64,000 nucleotides of DNA from Candidatus Multivoradales bacterium (GTDB lineage Bacteria; Acidobacteriota; Thermoanaerobaculia; Multivoradales; J023): contig CBDFLE010000006.1 in NCBI GenBank assembly GCA_965248925.1, positions 3,840,001 through 3,904,000 of the forward strand, given 5' to 3'. The translations under genes were made by a program, and so were the position numbers. Of this stretch, positions 1 to 8,781 are shown piece by piece. Each line of letters starts with the position of its first letter. The stretch's first letter is position 1. Below the pieces are notes generated by a model. The model made no database searches, was not told the DNA's origin, and saw only the letters and a program-made list of their open reading frames with translations.

Positions 1-698
1 GTGGCCCTTTTCTTGGCGCCTTCTTCGCGTTCTTGTTTTTGCGGTTTGCGGATGCAGCGACTCGGCTCTACGACCGGCAGGCTAAGGATCATAGCGCCTT
101 GGTGAGGATGGAGCATGGGCTTTTCTCATCGATGAGAGTGCTTGAGGATGATTATGTGCTTGCCAAGGGCTTCGTAGACACTCTGTCAGAGCCAGTGCTC
201 GATGGATCCCCACGGATTAGCGTGAATGAGCTTGCGCCGATCCCAATCGAAGCCGAGTTGTCGCTGGATATGCTCAACGTGGACTTCATCTCGGACCTTC
301 TCCGTTACAACTCTCAGGTCCGGCAACTGAACGACAGCATGGGAATAGTCTCCCGAATGTACTCTGGAGCACTGAAGTCTCTGAACACTGGCCAAATCGA
401 CTTGCAACAATACAAAGCGAATGCGTTGCTTGCTAGAGAGACCATGTGTCAGATTCAGACGAGGATCGGTCAAGTCACAAAGATGACCGTTGAGATGATC
501 GCGCGCGCCAAGTTGTTGGGGCAAACCAGGAAGCCACTCTTGGCGTGGCTACTCCACAGGCTAGCGCCAACGAGCTATCCGAAGGGGTTCGAAGGTAAGG
601 TGGCACTCGAGCTCAGCAGCATGCGGAAGAAGAAGCCAAGTGATAGCGACGGTGATGCTAGCAGACACCTCGTTCACGAAGCGGAATCGATAAAATGA
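1..698 (+). CDS. hypothetical protein, 5'-partial, with N-terminal hydrophobic segment
   Basis: Frame is open to the window edge (GPFLGAFFAFLFLRFA...). No family recognised. Followed by a degenerate attC-like sequence. Confidence 0.6.
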   Translation, partial: GPFLGAFFAFLFLRFADAATRLYDRQAKDHSALVRMEHGLFSSMRVLEDDYVLAKGFVDTLSEPVLDGSPRISVNELAPIPIEAELSLDMLNVDFISDLLRYNSQVRQLNDSMGIVSRMYSGALKSLNTGQIDLQQYKANALLARETMCQIQTRIGQVTKMTVEMIARAKLLGQTRKPLLAWLLHRLAPTSYPKGFEGKVALELSSMRKKKPSDSDGDASRHLVHEAESIK

Positions 699-699
699 C

Positions 700-781
700 G
701 CATTACCAGGCGACTTCGCACGGGCGCCGGAGTTCGGATTCTGCCGCGACTTCCGTGGCGGTGAGCCGCGCTCCGTTGTGC
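700..781 (+). other. degenerate attC-like site
   Basis: GCATTAC (700-706) ... GGTGAGC-N8-GTTGTGC (775-781) directly after the stop codon. The R'' and L'' boxes match only partially. Confidence 0.3.
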
Positions 782-966
782 GACAAGAAGTCGCTTCGTA
801 TAGGTGTCTTCCGTTGTGCGGCCGCGATTTTACATTTTCCTCGAGATTGAGATGACTTCAACCGAGACTTCCAGCTCCCTCAGAGTGCTCCTTCTTTTTG
901 GAGCTCTTGCCACATCTCTGCACTCTGCTGCCCAAGCCGGCTGCGAGGCGATCTCAGGGAATCTTG

Positions 967-999
967 TCCCAGGGTCAGGGCGCCACCCTCTCCGAACTC
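967..999 (+). repeat. junction motif M, copy 1
   Basis: TCCCAGGGTCAGGGCGCCACCCTCTCCGAACTC. 24/33 identical to 1751-1783; its last 25 nt are 21/25 identical to 6016-6040. Confidence 0.6.
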
Positions 1000-1052
1000 C
1001 GCGCCGCCGTTGAATTCAAGCTGTTCTACGCAAGACCGATGAAGGGGCTTGC

Positions 1053-1085
1053 CTGTTTGCCCGGTTACCGGGCAAACAGTATAGT
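1053..1085 (+). promoter_or_regulatory. higBA promoter with palindromic operator
   Basis: CTGTTTGCCCGGT-T-ACCGGGCAAACAG (13-bp arms) overlaps TTGCCC-N17-TATAGT. Confidence 0.7.
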
Positions 1086-1105
1086 GGCGATGAGGTGGAA
1101 CGGCA

Positions 1106-1402
1106 GTGATCGTCTCGTTTGGCGACAAGGGAACAGAAGACCAGTTTCACAACCGCGCTACGCGGCGGGCGAGGCGGTACCCGCAAGACATTCTTCGCTC
1201 TGCAACGCAGAAGCTCGACATGGTCAACGCCGCGCGGCAGCTCAGAGATCTGAGATCTCCGCCTGGCAACCGCCTCGAGCTTCACAAGGGCGACTTGAAG
1301 GAGTATCACAGCATCCGCATCAACAGCCAATGGAGGATCATCTTTCGGTGGGATTCGTCCGACGCGCTTTCGGTGCAGGTCGGGGACTACCACCGCGGAT
1401 GA
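1106..1402 (+). CDS. higB: HigB / RelE-ParE family toxin (plasmid maintenance killer type)
   Basis: 98 aa with LRSPPGNRLE.LKGD, HSIRINSQWRIIFRW. Toxin-first order with an HTH antitoxin. Confidence 0.92.
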   Translation: MIVSFGDKGTEDQFHNRATRRARRYPQDILRSATQKLDMVNAARQLRDLRSPPGNRLELHKGDLKEYHSIRINSQWRIIFRWDSSDALSVQVGDYHRG

Positions 1403-1414
1403 AAGGAGTGAGTC

Positions 1415-1702
1415 GTGCTACCAGAGAACCGTATTCCAACCCATCCAGGTGAGATTCTGCAAGGGCAGTTTCTGGAGCCGATGGGGTTGACGCAGGTTGG
1501 TCTTGCCGAAAATCTTGGCGTTCCCGTTCAGCGAATCAACGAGGTCGTGCGAGGGAAGCGAGGTGTGACCCCCAAGACGGCCTGGCTGCTTGCTCAGGCG
1601 TTCGATACGACTCCTGAGTTTTGGCTGAATCTGCAGACGAATCATGACCTGTCGCTCAATCGGCCAGGAAAAGCCGTGCCGCCATTGCGCAGAGCGGGTT
1701 GA
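1415..1702 (+). CDS. higA: HigA addiction-module antitoxin (XRE HTH)
   Basis: PTHPGEIL...FLEPMGLTQ...RINEVVRGKRGVT...TTPEFWLNLQ. Confidence 0.93.
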   Translation: MLPENRIPTHPGEILQGQFLEPMGLTQVGLAENLGVPVQRINEVVRGKRGVTPKTAWLLAQAFDTTPEFWLNLQTNHDLSLNRPGKAVPPLRRAG

Positions 1703-1724
1703 TGCGGGAAAGCAGATCTGATCA

Positions 1725-1753
1725 GGTTGGGTCGATGAGTTGAGGGGATTTCC
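1725..1753 (+). repeat. 29-bp direct repeat D, copy 1
   Basis: GGTTGGGTCGATGAGTTGAGGGGATTTCC, identical to 6769-6797. Confidence 0.9.
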
Positions 1754-1783
1754 TAGGGCTAGGGTGCCACCCAAGTCGTACTC
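1751..1783 (+). repeat. junction motif M, copy 2 (abuts repeat D)
   Basis: TCCTAGGGCTAGGGTGCCACCCAAGTCGTACTC. Confidence 0.55.
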
Positions 1784-2403
1784 ACCTGTTTTCAACACCT
1801 TACGCCACACACGGGAGATTGCGATTCCAAGCCGCCCCGCAATCCATCAACTTTTCTCCCAAGACTGACAAGATCGGAGACCCTTTTCTCGTCCCTAGGT
1901 GCATGACAAGGCCATTACGACACGTACGCCCGGGCGGCGCCATGTTCGAGATCACAACCCGCTGCATGCTGAGCCGATTCCTGTTTCCTGCGGGTCAGCA
2001 CTTCCGCAGCATTGCGGTCGGCATCTTCGCCCGAGGCCAATCGCCGTGGCAAGGAGGTCGCCTCCGAGACCTTCACCGAACGCCACACCCTGCGGCTGGA
2101 TCCGCTGCTCTGCTGGCGGCATTTTCCGTCTGAGGAGATTCGACGGCGAAGCACCGAGATGGTCGAGAAGATCGACGCTGAGAGCGCCCGGAGGGTGGTG
2201 CTCAACGGCGCTGTACCTTTGGATTCGGCGGCGATCTGCCAGCAACACCTTCATGAGCGCCCGACTCGCAGCAAGAGGTCTCCGGCGCTGGCCATGCACG
2301 CAGCGTCGAAAGTGGTGAGGAGGCAGCTGAAGGAGGCCTACCGCCTCTTCGTCGAAGCCTATCCGGAATGTGTCAATGAAAGTGAGACACTTTCTTCTGG
2401 GAA

Positions 2404-3525
2404 TTAGTACGGAATCGGTAGTGGCTCCGGCACCATCGCTTTCAGCGAGGGCGCGCAGCCAGGGGTCTCGCCTGGTGCGTCGTTGTGTACGCGGTGTGTC
2501 ACTACGTTCTCGGTATCGACTGGGTCAGTGCTGGCGGCGGTGGTCGGCGGGTTGATCCAGACCTTGTCACTGGGCTCCGGCAAAGCCGGCGCTCGCCGCT
2601 TGAAGCGGCTTGGATGAGCGGCTGAGGCGGCGGCGAGGACTTCTCGACGTTGCTCCAGTACTGAGGCCGTGAGGCCGTAGTGGACGGTCTCTGGCGTCAA
2701 CAAGCCGAGTCCTGTGTGGTAGTGCTGCGTGTTGTACCAGCCGATGAACGAGCGGCAGAATGCTCGTGCATCTTCCAGTGATCCGAAGCGGTCGGGAAAG
2801 CTCGGATGGTACTTGAGCGTCTTGAACTGGGCCTCAGAGAACGGATTGTCGTTGCTCGTGTAGGGCCGGTTCAGCGACCGTGTCATCCCGAGATCGGCCA
2901 GCAGTAGAGCCACTGGCTTGGATGTCATGCTCGAACCGCGGTCCGAGTGCAAGGTAAGTCGATCTCGCTCAACACCTTGCTTCTCAACACTGTCGGCGAT
3001 CAACCGCTTCGCGAGCCCTCCGGACTCGCGGCAGGCGAGCATCCAGCCGACGATGTAGCGGCTGAAGACGTCCAGAATTACGTAAAGGTAGTAGTGGGTC
3101 CACTTCACCGGGCCCTTGAGCTTGGTGATGTCCCACGACCACACCTCGTTCGGCCCTGTGGCCAGCAGTTCGGGCTTGGTGTAGTTGGGATGACGCCGCT
3201 GACGGCGTCGCTCGCGCAGCTCGCCCTCAGACTCCAGGACCCGGTACATGGTGCGCACCGAGCAGATATGGCGCTGATCCTCGTCCAGCAGCGCCGCCCA
3301 GACTTGACGCGGCGAGCGGTCGACGAAGCGCTCCGAGTGCAACACATCGAGGACCTCCTGGCGTTCAGCGGGCGTCAATGCCAGCGGCGGTCGAGGCCGC
3401 GTTGATAGCTGCGGCCCTGCGCTCTGCTGCCGACGGCGGCGATAGAAAGTGGCTCTGGGGACCGCCAAGGCGACGCAGGCTGCTTGCACCCCCACCGTCT
3501 CGGCCAGCGGCGCCACAGCGCTCAT
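2404..3525 (-). CDS. IS3 transposase OrfB (rve/DDE integrase core)
   Basis: PNEVWSWDITKL, LHSDRGSSM, DNPFSEAQFKTLK. Confidence 0.93.
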   Translation of the reverse strand: MSAVAPLAETVGVQAACVALAVPRATFYRRRRQQSAGPQLSTRPRPPLALTPAERQEVLDVLHSERFVDRSPRQVWAALLDEDQRHICSVRTMYRVLESEGELRERRRQRRHPNYTKPELLATGPNEVWSWDITKLKGPVKWTHYYLYVILDVFSRYIVGWMLACRESGGLAKRLIADSVEKQGVERDRLTLHSDRGSSMTSKPVALLLADLGMTRSLNRPYTSNDNPFSEAQFKTLKYHPSFPDRFGSLEDARAFCRSFIGWYNTQHYHTGLGLLTPETVHYGLTASVLEQRREVLAAASAAHPSRFKRRAPALPEPSDKVWINPPTTAASTDPVDTENVVTHRVHNDAPGETPGCAPSLKAMVPEPLPIPY

Positions 3526-3936
3526 GGCTGGCTCTCGCTCGGCTCGATCCCTAGCAGCCGGGAAAGTTTTTTTTGGACATCGATGATCGTCTCGGCTTTG
3601 TACAGCTGATGCTTGAGCCGGGCATTCTCACGCTCAAGCTCCGCGACGCGGCGGGCCTCGGCAGAGACCGGTCGACGCTTGCGACCGCGCTTCTTCGACA
3701 GACCGGCCAGAGCTCCCGTGTCGCGCTGACGGCGCCACGTCGACAGTAGCGAGGAATACAGACCCTCCTGGCGAAGCAGGGCGCCAATCTCGCCGGGCTT
3801 GCTACAGGCGTCGGCGGCCTGGACGATGCGCAGCTTGTACGACGCGCTGTACCGCCGCCGCTTCGCCTTCTCAGCTACCTCGGGATCTGGTCGGTCAGCA
3901 CCCATATCTCGCAGCTCGTGGCTTGGACTCGCCATG
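3522..3936 (-). CDS. IS3 transposase OrfA (HTH)
   Basis: KRRRYSASYKLRIV...LRQEGLYSS...IDVQKKLS. A8 tract near the 3' end, ATGA overlap with orfB. Start uncertain. Confidence 0.85.
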
Positions 3937-4112
3937 GTGATTGCTCTCCACACCCTCACTAATTTCTCGGTACTTGAGTGTCTCACTTACATTGGCACAG
4001 AGGGATCGTGCAGCGGTGGCCCGCCTGCGATCGGGCGAGTACCCGGTGGAATTCCCTTCCGGCTGCTTTCCGCCCCCGCTTCCCTGTGTATCGAGCAATG
4101 CTGGGCGGCCCT

Positions 4113-4140
4113 GTAGCCGCGCGGGGCCAGCCCGCGCGGC
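4113..4140 (+). repeat. GTAG-type REP-like palindrome
   Basis: GTA-GCCGCGCGGG-GCCAG-CCCGCGCGGC (10-bp arms, opening with GTAG) at the 3' end of the RAYT remnant. Single copy in the window. Confidence 0.4.
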
Positions 4141-4314
4141 GGGATAGACCTCGTCGTCGCCAGCGTCACCGCCACCTAGAAGGCTCGCAAGTGATTGTAT
4201 TCGAATGCCTCTGTGGAGCTATGGGGGAGGTGTGTCGAGTCGATTCCGGATGATCTTTCGTCTCTATCAAAGGGTATTTCGGCAGGCTAACGATCACGGG
4301 CCTTCAACAGAAGA

Positions 4315-4330
4315 GCCTGATCAGGGCGCC
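4315..4330 (+). repeat. junction motif M, partial copy
   Basis: GCCTGATCAGGGCGCC: 14/16 to 6010-6025; its last 10 nt are identical to 975-984. Confidence 0.4.
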
Positions 4331-4450
4331 TGCGGCCAGGAGCGCAGGTCACTCAGAGCTAGAAGACGGCAATCTCAGCGGATTCTGCCGAGATGGGTGG
4401 CCCGCTTCTGGCGGGCGACAGGTTCAGTTAATAGATGATAGCATCTTGGT

Positions 4451-4930
4451 ATGAAGCGCCGCGCATACATAGAGACTTCCTTGGTGAGCTACCTCGTTGC
4501 TCGGCCTAGCCGGGATGTCGTTGCTGCTGCTCATCAGCAGGTTTCGCTCGATTGGTGGGAGCATCGCCGCACGGACTTCGAGCTTTGCACTTCCCAACTC
4601 GTCCTCGATGAGGCGCGTCGCGGTGATCCGGACCTGGCGCAGCGCAGGATTGGAGCCCTTGACGGAATCCCTTTCCTGGAATTGACCAACACGGCCCGGA
4701 AGTTCGCTGTGTCCATTGTCGAGGAAGGTCTTCTTCACCAGGCGGCCTTTCCTGATGCGCTACACATCGCGATCGCGACAGTGCATCAAGTTGACTATCT
4801 TCTTACCTGGAACTGCTCCCACATCAACAATGCTGAGATCTTGCCGCGCATTGCGCTGATCTGCGAGCGTCTTGGCCTACTCTTACCGTATGTTTGCACT
4901 CCTGAAGAACTCCTTGGAGAGCCCCAATGA
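4451..4930 (+). CDS. PIN-domain (VapC-like) protein
   Basis: AYIETSLVSYLVARPSRD...SQLVLDEA...DALHIAIA...YLLTWNCSHI. Confidence 0.88.
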   Translation: MKRRAYIETSLVSYLVARPSRDVVAAAHQQVSLDWWEHRRTDFELCTSQLVLDEARRGDPDLAQRRIGALDGIPFLELTNTARKFAVSIVEEGLLHQAAFPDALHIAIATVHQVDYLLTWNCSHINNAEILPRIALICERLGLLLPYVCTPEELLGEPQ

Positions 4931-5118
4931 GCACAGATCCAGTTGTCGAAGAGCTACATCGCCAACGCGCGGAAGAAATGAAGCGCTTCAACTTTGACTT
5001 CGATGCGTACTATCGACACCTCAAAGAGCAGGAAAGTCTCGCGGTGAAGCTTCTGCCGGCCGCAGCTACATCGACGCGGAACCCTTCGGTGCAGCGGACT
5101 CGCGTTGCTCGCTGCTGA
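4927..5118 (+). CDS. small partner protein (putative antitoxin) of the PIN protein
   Basis: ATGA overlap; DPVVEELHRQRAEEMKRFNFDFDA. The C-terminus reads into the attC. Confidence 0.7.
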   Translation: MSTDPVVEELHRQRAEEMKRFNFDFDAYYRHLKEQESLAVKLLPAAATSTRNPSVQRTRVARC

Positions 5119-5134
5119 CCGTTGGCCGTTAGTC
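5076..5134 (+). other. integron attC site (59 bp)
   Basis: R'' GCGGAAC, 5-nt spacer, L'' GGT(G)CAGC with an extrahelical G, L' GCTGACC, 7-nt spacer, R' GTTAGTC. Confidence 0.7.
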
Positions 5135-5196
5135 ACAAAGAGAAGATGGAGAAGCGCCAGAATCGTCGATGCGATCAGCAACACAAGGAGAATCCC

Positions 5197-5406
5197 ATGA
5201 ACCACGAGCACCCTTTACTAGAGCGCGCACAGAGGTACGTCCGTCAAGAAGTCGACTTAGAACCAGCCGGATGTCTTTATGACGAGGCAATTGGAGCTTG
5301 GCGGTTAGTCGAAACCGGAGAGCTTTGGGTTGAAACGCCCGGGCGCGTGGGACCCAGGACGAAGAAGGCGGATATCGAAACGGGCGAGGACCAGAAAGGT
5401 GAGTAA
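5197..5406 (+). CDS. putative ATP-grasp-modified RiPP (graspetide-type) precursor
   Basis: AAGGAG RBS; 69 aa ending TKKADIETGEDQKGE (Thr/Lys donors, Asp/Glu acceptors); 6 bp from the ATP-grasp gene. Confidence 0.7.
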   Translation: MNHEHPLLERAQRYVRQEVDLEPAGCLYDEAIGAWRLVETGELWVETPGRVGPRTKKADIETGEDQKGE

Positions 5407-5412
5407 CCAACC

Positions 5413-6015
5413 ATGGACGCCATACCTGGAAGTCACAAGCCGCAGGTTCTTATCCTTGCGAGTCGGTACGACCTTACCTGCGACTTCGTCGTGGCTCAAC
5501 TCAGGACCAGGTCAGTTCCTTATCTGCGCCTGAATACAGAGGATCTCAGCGATTCGATTGTCTGTCTGGACCCCGTTGGACGGCACCTTGTGATCAAACA
5601 GAGCGGGGGGAGCTACTACATTACGCCGGACCATCTTCGCTCGGTGTTCTTCAGGCGTCCCGTCTTCCTTCGAGACTATGGTGACGACCATCGATCGCCC
5701 GAAGATCGCTTTTCGCGCCTCCATTGGATGGCGTTTGTTCGGAACCTGATGCTGTTCGAGGAAGCGTGCTGGATTAACAACCCCGCGACCACATACAAAG
5801 CGGAACACAAGGCCGTTCAGCTTTCCCTAGCAGCTACATTAGGCTTCGCTGTTCCAGAAACGCGGGTGACGAATGCACCATCCCCACAGTCGCTGGGCGC
5901 TCTGTCGGGGCAAGTGGCTATCAAAGGCCTCGATACGGTCCTGCTTCGGGATCAGGGTCATGAGATGTTTGGATTCACGACTTTCGAGTGTCGCGAAGCA
6001 CTGAGGCCCGCCTGA
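5413..6015 (+). pseudogene. MvdC/MvdD-like ATP-grasp ligase, C-terminally truncated
   Basis: VLILASRYDLTCDFVV...YLRLNTED...SVFFRRP...WINNP...AEHKAVQL..A..LGFAVPETRVTN. Stops at 200 aa, before the FQE/ELR/FLE-N-GEW ATP-grasp core, at junction motif M. Confidence 0.75.
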
Positions 6016-6040
6016 TCAGAGTGCCACCCTCCCCGTACTC
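6010..6040 (+). repeat. junction motif M, copy 3
   Basis: GCCTGATCAGAGTGCCACCCTCCCCGTACTC. Confidence 0.6.
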
Positions 6041-6114
6041 TATTGCTCTCAATAGCTTACGCGTGGAGTCAAGGAAAAGCCCTAACCCTCTGGGCCTGGT
6101 CCAGGAGGAGGTTC

Positions 6115-6525
6115 TCAGCCGTCTTGAGCGCCGAAGAGGGCCAGCTCGATAGCGTTGGTGAAGGTGGTGAAGTTCTGGTCGGTGGTGAAGATCGAGTACC
6201 TTCGACGCCGGCTCACCGCGCAAATCAGGAAGTCGGTGTTGGACCCTTGGATGCTCCGAGACCGGCAGCGGTTGAAGCAGCGGGAGGCTTCTTCGTAGTC
6301 TTCGGTCTGTAGCTCGATGTCGGGGAAGGCTCGCAGCTTTGCTCGCAGCATCTCGAATTGTTCGTCGTGCTGGATGCCTGCGAGGAGTTCTTGGCGCACG
6401 GCACCGAGCATTTGCGCTCGGCCTTCGCGAATCAATTCGGTGAGCTGTCGCCGCTCGGGTGAGTTCTCAGCTCTTGAACGCCGAAATGACAGCGACCAGA
6501 TGGAGGTGTCGATCAATACCTTCAC
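6115..6525 (-). CDS. vapC: VapC PIN-domain toxin
   Basis: VLIDTSIWS...VRQELLAG...TDFLICA...IFTTDQNF. Confidence 0.92.
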   Translation of the reverse strand: MKVLIDTSIWSLSFRRSRAENSPERRQLTELIREGRAQMLGAVRQELLAGIQHDEQFEMLRAKLRAFPDIELQTEDYEEASRCFNRCRSRSIQGSNTDFLICAVSRRRRYSIFTTDQNFTTFTNAIELALFGAQDG

Positions 6526-6722
6526 TGCCGCTGCCGCTGCTTCTTGTAGTCGTAGTCGGGGTCTAAGTCGAGGGTTCCGAAGAGTTCTATGACTTGGAGC
6601 TGGCGGCGGTGCTGAACGTACTCTTCAAGAGCTTCGGTGACGGTCGCCTTCTTGGTTCGGTGACCACCGATCTCAAGGGCCTGTTGCAAGAGGCGTTCGT
6701 CGATTGCGAGGTTGGTTGCCAT
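6522..6722 (-). CDS. vapB: VapB-family antitoxin
   Basis: MATNLAIDERLLQQAL...TKKATVTEALEEYV; overlaps the vapC start. Confidence 0.9.
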   Translation of the reverse strand: MATNLAIDERLLQQALEIGGHRTKKATVTEALEEYVQHRRQLQVIELFGTLDLDPDYDYKKQRQRQ

Positions 6723-6739
6723 GTGTGAAGTCTTACACA
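6722..6739 (-). promoter_or_regulatory. vapBC operator-like palindrome
   Basis: TGTGTGAAGTCTTACACA, an imperfect palindrome adjoining the start codon. Confidence 0.5.
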
Positions 6740-6768
6740 GACGGAGCTACCAGGCAAGATCTCTTGTC

Positions 6769-6797
6769 GGTTGGGTCGATGAGTTGAGGGGATTTCC
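6769..6797 (+). repeat. 29-bp direct repeat D, copy 2
   Basis: Identical to 1725-1753; lies just upstream of acs. Confidence 0.9.
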
Positions 6798-6820
6798 GGC
6801 TAGAATCCCCTTTCCAGATC

Positions 6821-8776
6821 TTGAACCGGCCGGAGGACCTGATTGTGATTGCCGTCAAGCCCGATATTTCGTTGCGTGCTCATGTTCCTTCGATGGACGA
6901 CTATCAGCGCCTGTACCAGGCATCGCTGGAGGATCCGCAGGCGTTTTGGCTGGATCAGGCGGAGCGGCTGAGCTGGTTTCAGCCGCCGTCGGAGGCTGGG
7001 GATTGCGATTTCAATAGCGTCGATATCTCCTGGTTTGCCGGTGGTCAGCTCAACGCTTGCTACAACTGTGTTGATCGCCACGCGCAGAGTCAGCCGGAGC
7101 GGACGGCGATCATCTGGGCCGCCGATGAGCCGGGTGAGTACACCCACATCAGCTATCGCCAGCTGCAACGCGAGGTCTCGCGAGTCGCTAATGTGCTGCT
7201 GGCCCACGGCGTTGGGCGCGGCGATCGGGTGTGCATCTACTTGCCGATGATCCCCGAACTGGCCTACACCATGCTGGCTTGCGCGCGCATTGGCGCGGTG
7301 CATTCAATCGTCTTTGCCGGCTTCTCGGCGGCGGCGCTGCGCGACCGTATCGTCGATGCCCACTGCAAGATCGTGGTGACCGCCAATCAGGGCCTGCGGG
7401 GTGGCAAGAGGATCCCGCTCAAGGAGACCACTGATGAGGCGGTCGAGGGGCTCGACTTTGTCGACAGCGTGCTGGTGGCTCGTCGCACCGACCATGATTC
7501 GGCGATGCGCGCCGGCCGCGACTACTGGCTTGACCAGGAAGCCGCCAAGCAGCGCGCGGTCTGCCCCGCCGAGTGGATGGATGCGGAGTCGCCGCTGTTC
7601 ATCCTCTACACCTCGGGCTCGACCGGTCAACCCAAGGGAGTACTGCACACCACCGGTGGCTACTTAGTCTACGCCTCTCTAACCCACCAGATCGTCTTCG
7701 ATATTCATGATGACGATGTCTATGCCTGTGTCGCGGATATCGGTTGGGTTACCGGCCACAGCTACATCATCTATGGGCCGCTGGCCAACGGCGCGACGAC
7801 GGTGATGTTCGAATCAGTGCCGACCTATCCCGACGCCGGCCGCTACTGGCAGCTGGTCGACGATCTCGGCATCACCGTGCTCTACACCGCGCCGACCGCC
7901 ATTCGCGCCATTGCCCGGGAGGGCGACGAATGGGTCAAGAAGTACAGCCGCAAGAGCTTGCGGGTGCTCGGCACGGTGGGCGAGCCGATCAATCCGGAGG
8001 TTTGGCAGTGGTACTACGAGGTGGTGGGCGAGGGCCGCTGCGCGATCGTCGATACTTGGTGGCAGACTGAAACCGGCGGCATTCTAATCACCCCGCTGCC
8101 GGGTGCGATCCCTACCAAGCCGGGTTCTGCGACCCTACCCTTCTTTGGTGTGGAGCCCTGCCTGGTGGATGAGGAGGGCCAGGAGATCGAGGGCAACGAG
8201 GTGCGCGGCAACCTGTGTCTGAAACGTTCTTGGCCAGGCCAGGCGCGGACTATCTACGGTGATCATAGTCGTTTCAAAGAGACCTACTTCAGCCAGTATC
8301 CGGGCCTCTACTTCACCGGCGATGGCTGCCGCCGCGACGAGGATGGCTATTATTGGATCACTGGCCGGGTGGATGATGTGCTCAATGTCTCCGGCCATCG
8401 GCTCGGCACCGCGGAGGTCGAGAGCGCGCTGGTGGCCCACGAAGCGGTCGCCGAGGCAGCAGTGGTGGGTTGCCCGCACGACATCAAGGGCACTGGCATC
8501 TTCGCCTATGTGCTGATCAACCCGGCTTTCGAGTCGACCCCGGTCGACGAGCTGGAGGCTATCCTGCGAGCCCAGGTGGCCAAAGTTATCGGGCCGATCG
8601 CCAAACCCGACCACATTCAGATCGCCCCCGGCCTGCCCAAGACCCGCTCGGGCAAGATCATGCGTCGCATTCTACGCAACATCGCCGCTGGCGCGTACGA
8701 CGATATGGGCGATATCTCGACCCTGGCCGATCCGGGGGTCGTCAAGCAGTTGATCGAGGCGCATCAACAAGGCTAG
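6821..8776 (+). CDS. acs: acetyl-CoA synthetase
   Basis: [63 protein letters not shown]. Confidence 0.97.
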   Translation: MNRPEDLIVIAVKPDISLRAHVPSMDDYQRLYQASLEDPQAFWLDQAERLSWFQPPSEAGDCDFNSVDISWFAGGQLNACYNCVDRHAQSQPERTAIIWAADEPGEYTHISYRQLQREVSRVANVLLAHGVGRGDRVCIYLPMIPELAYTMLACARIGAVHSIVFAGFSAAALRDRIVDAHCKIVVTANQGLRGGKRIPLKETTDEAVEGLDFVDSVLVARRTDHDSAMRAGRDYWLDQEAAKQRAVCPAEWMDAESPLFILYTSGSTGQPKGVLHTTGGYLVYASLTHQIVFDIHDDDVYACVADIGWVTGHSYIIYGPLANGATTVMFESVPTYPDAGRYWQLVDDLGITVLYTAPTAIRAIAREGDEWVKKYSRKSLRVLGTVGEPINPEVWQWYYEVVGEGRCAIVDTWWQTETGGILITPLPGAIPTKPGSATLPFFGVEPCLVDEEGQEIEGNEVRGNLCLKRSWPGQARTIYGDHSRFKETYFSQYPGLYFTGDGCRRDEDGYYWITGRVDDVLNVSGHRLGTAEVESALVAHEAVAEAAVVGCPHDIKGTGIFAYVLINPAFESTPVDELEAILRAQVAKVIGPIAKPDHIQIAPGLPKTRSGKIMRRILRNIAAGAYDDMGDISTLADPGVVKQLIEAHQQG

Positions 8777-8781
8777 AAGGG

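Larger units (their letters stand above)
2364..4004 (-). mobile_element. IS3-family insertion sequence
   Basis: Subterminal IRs TGTGTCAATGAAAGTGAGACACT (2369-2391) and TGTGCCAATGTAAGTGAGACACT (reverse complement of 3977-3999). ATC is duplicated at 2361-2363 and 4005-4007. orfA/orfB organisation. Confidence 0.9.
1903..4147 (+). pseudogene. REP-associated tyrosine (HUH/RAYT-like) transposase remnant, internally deleted and split by IS3
   Basis: The N-terminus MTRPLRHVRPGGAMFEITTRCMLSRFLF joins out of frame to C-terminal LDPLLCWRH...SKRSPALAMHAAS...EAY. Removing the IS restores EAYRAAVARLRSGEYPVEFPSGCFPPPLP. No HUH motif is present. Confidence 0.7.

Noticed and set aside
1725-6797. 29-bp repeat as prophage attL/attR or a dif site
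   Set aside because: No integrase, tRNA or phage genes in the interval and no match to XerC/XerD arms. Kept only as an unexplained junction repeat.
8470-8781. N-terminal extension of the 730-aa ORF overlapping acs
   Set aside because: It is an off-frame shadow of acs; ATG 8782 is the sensible start.
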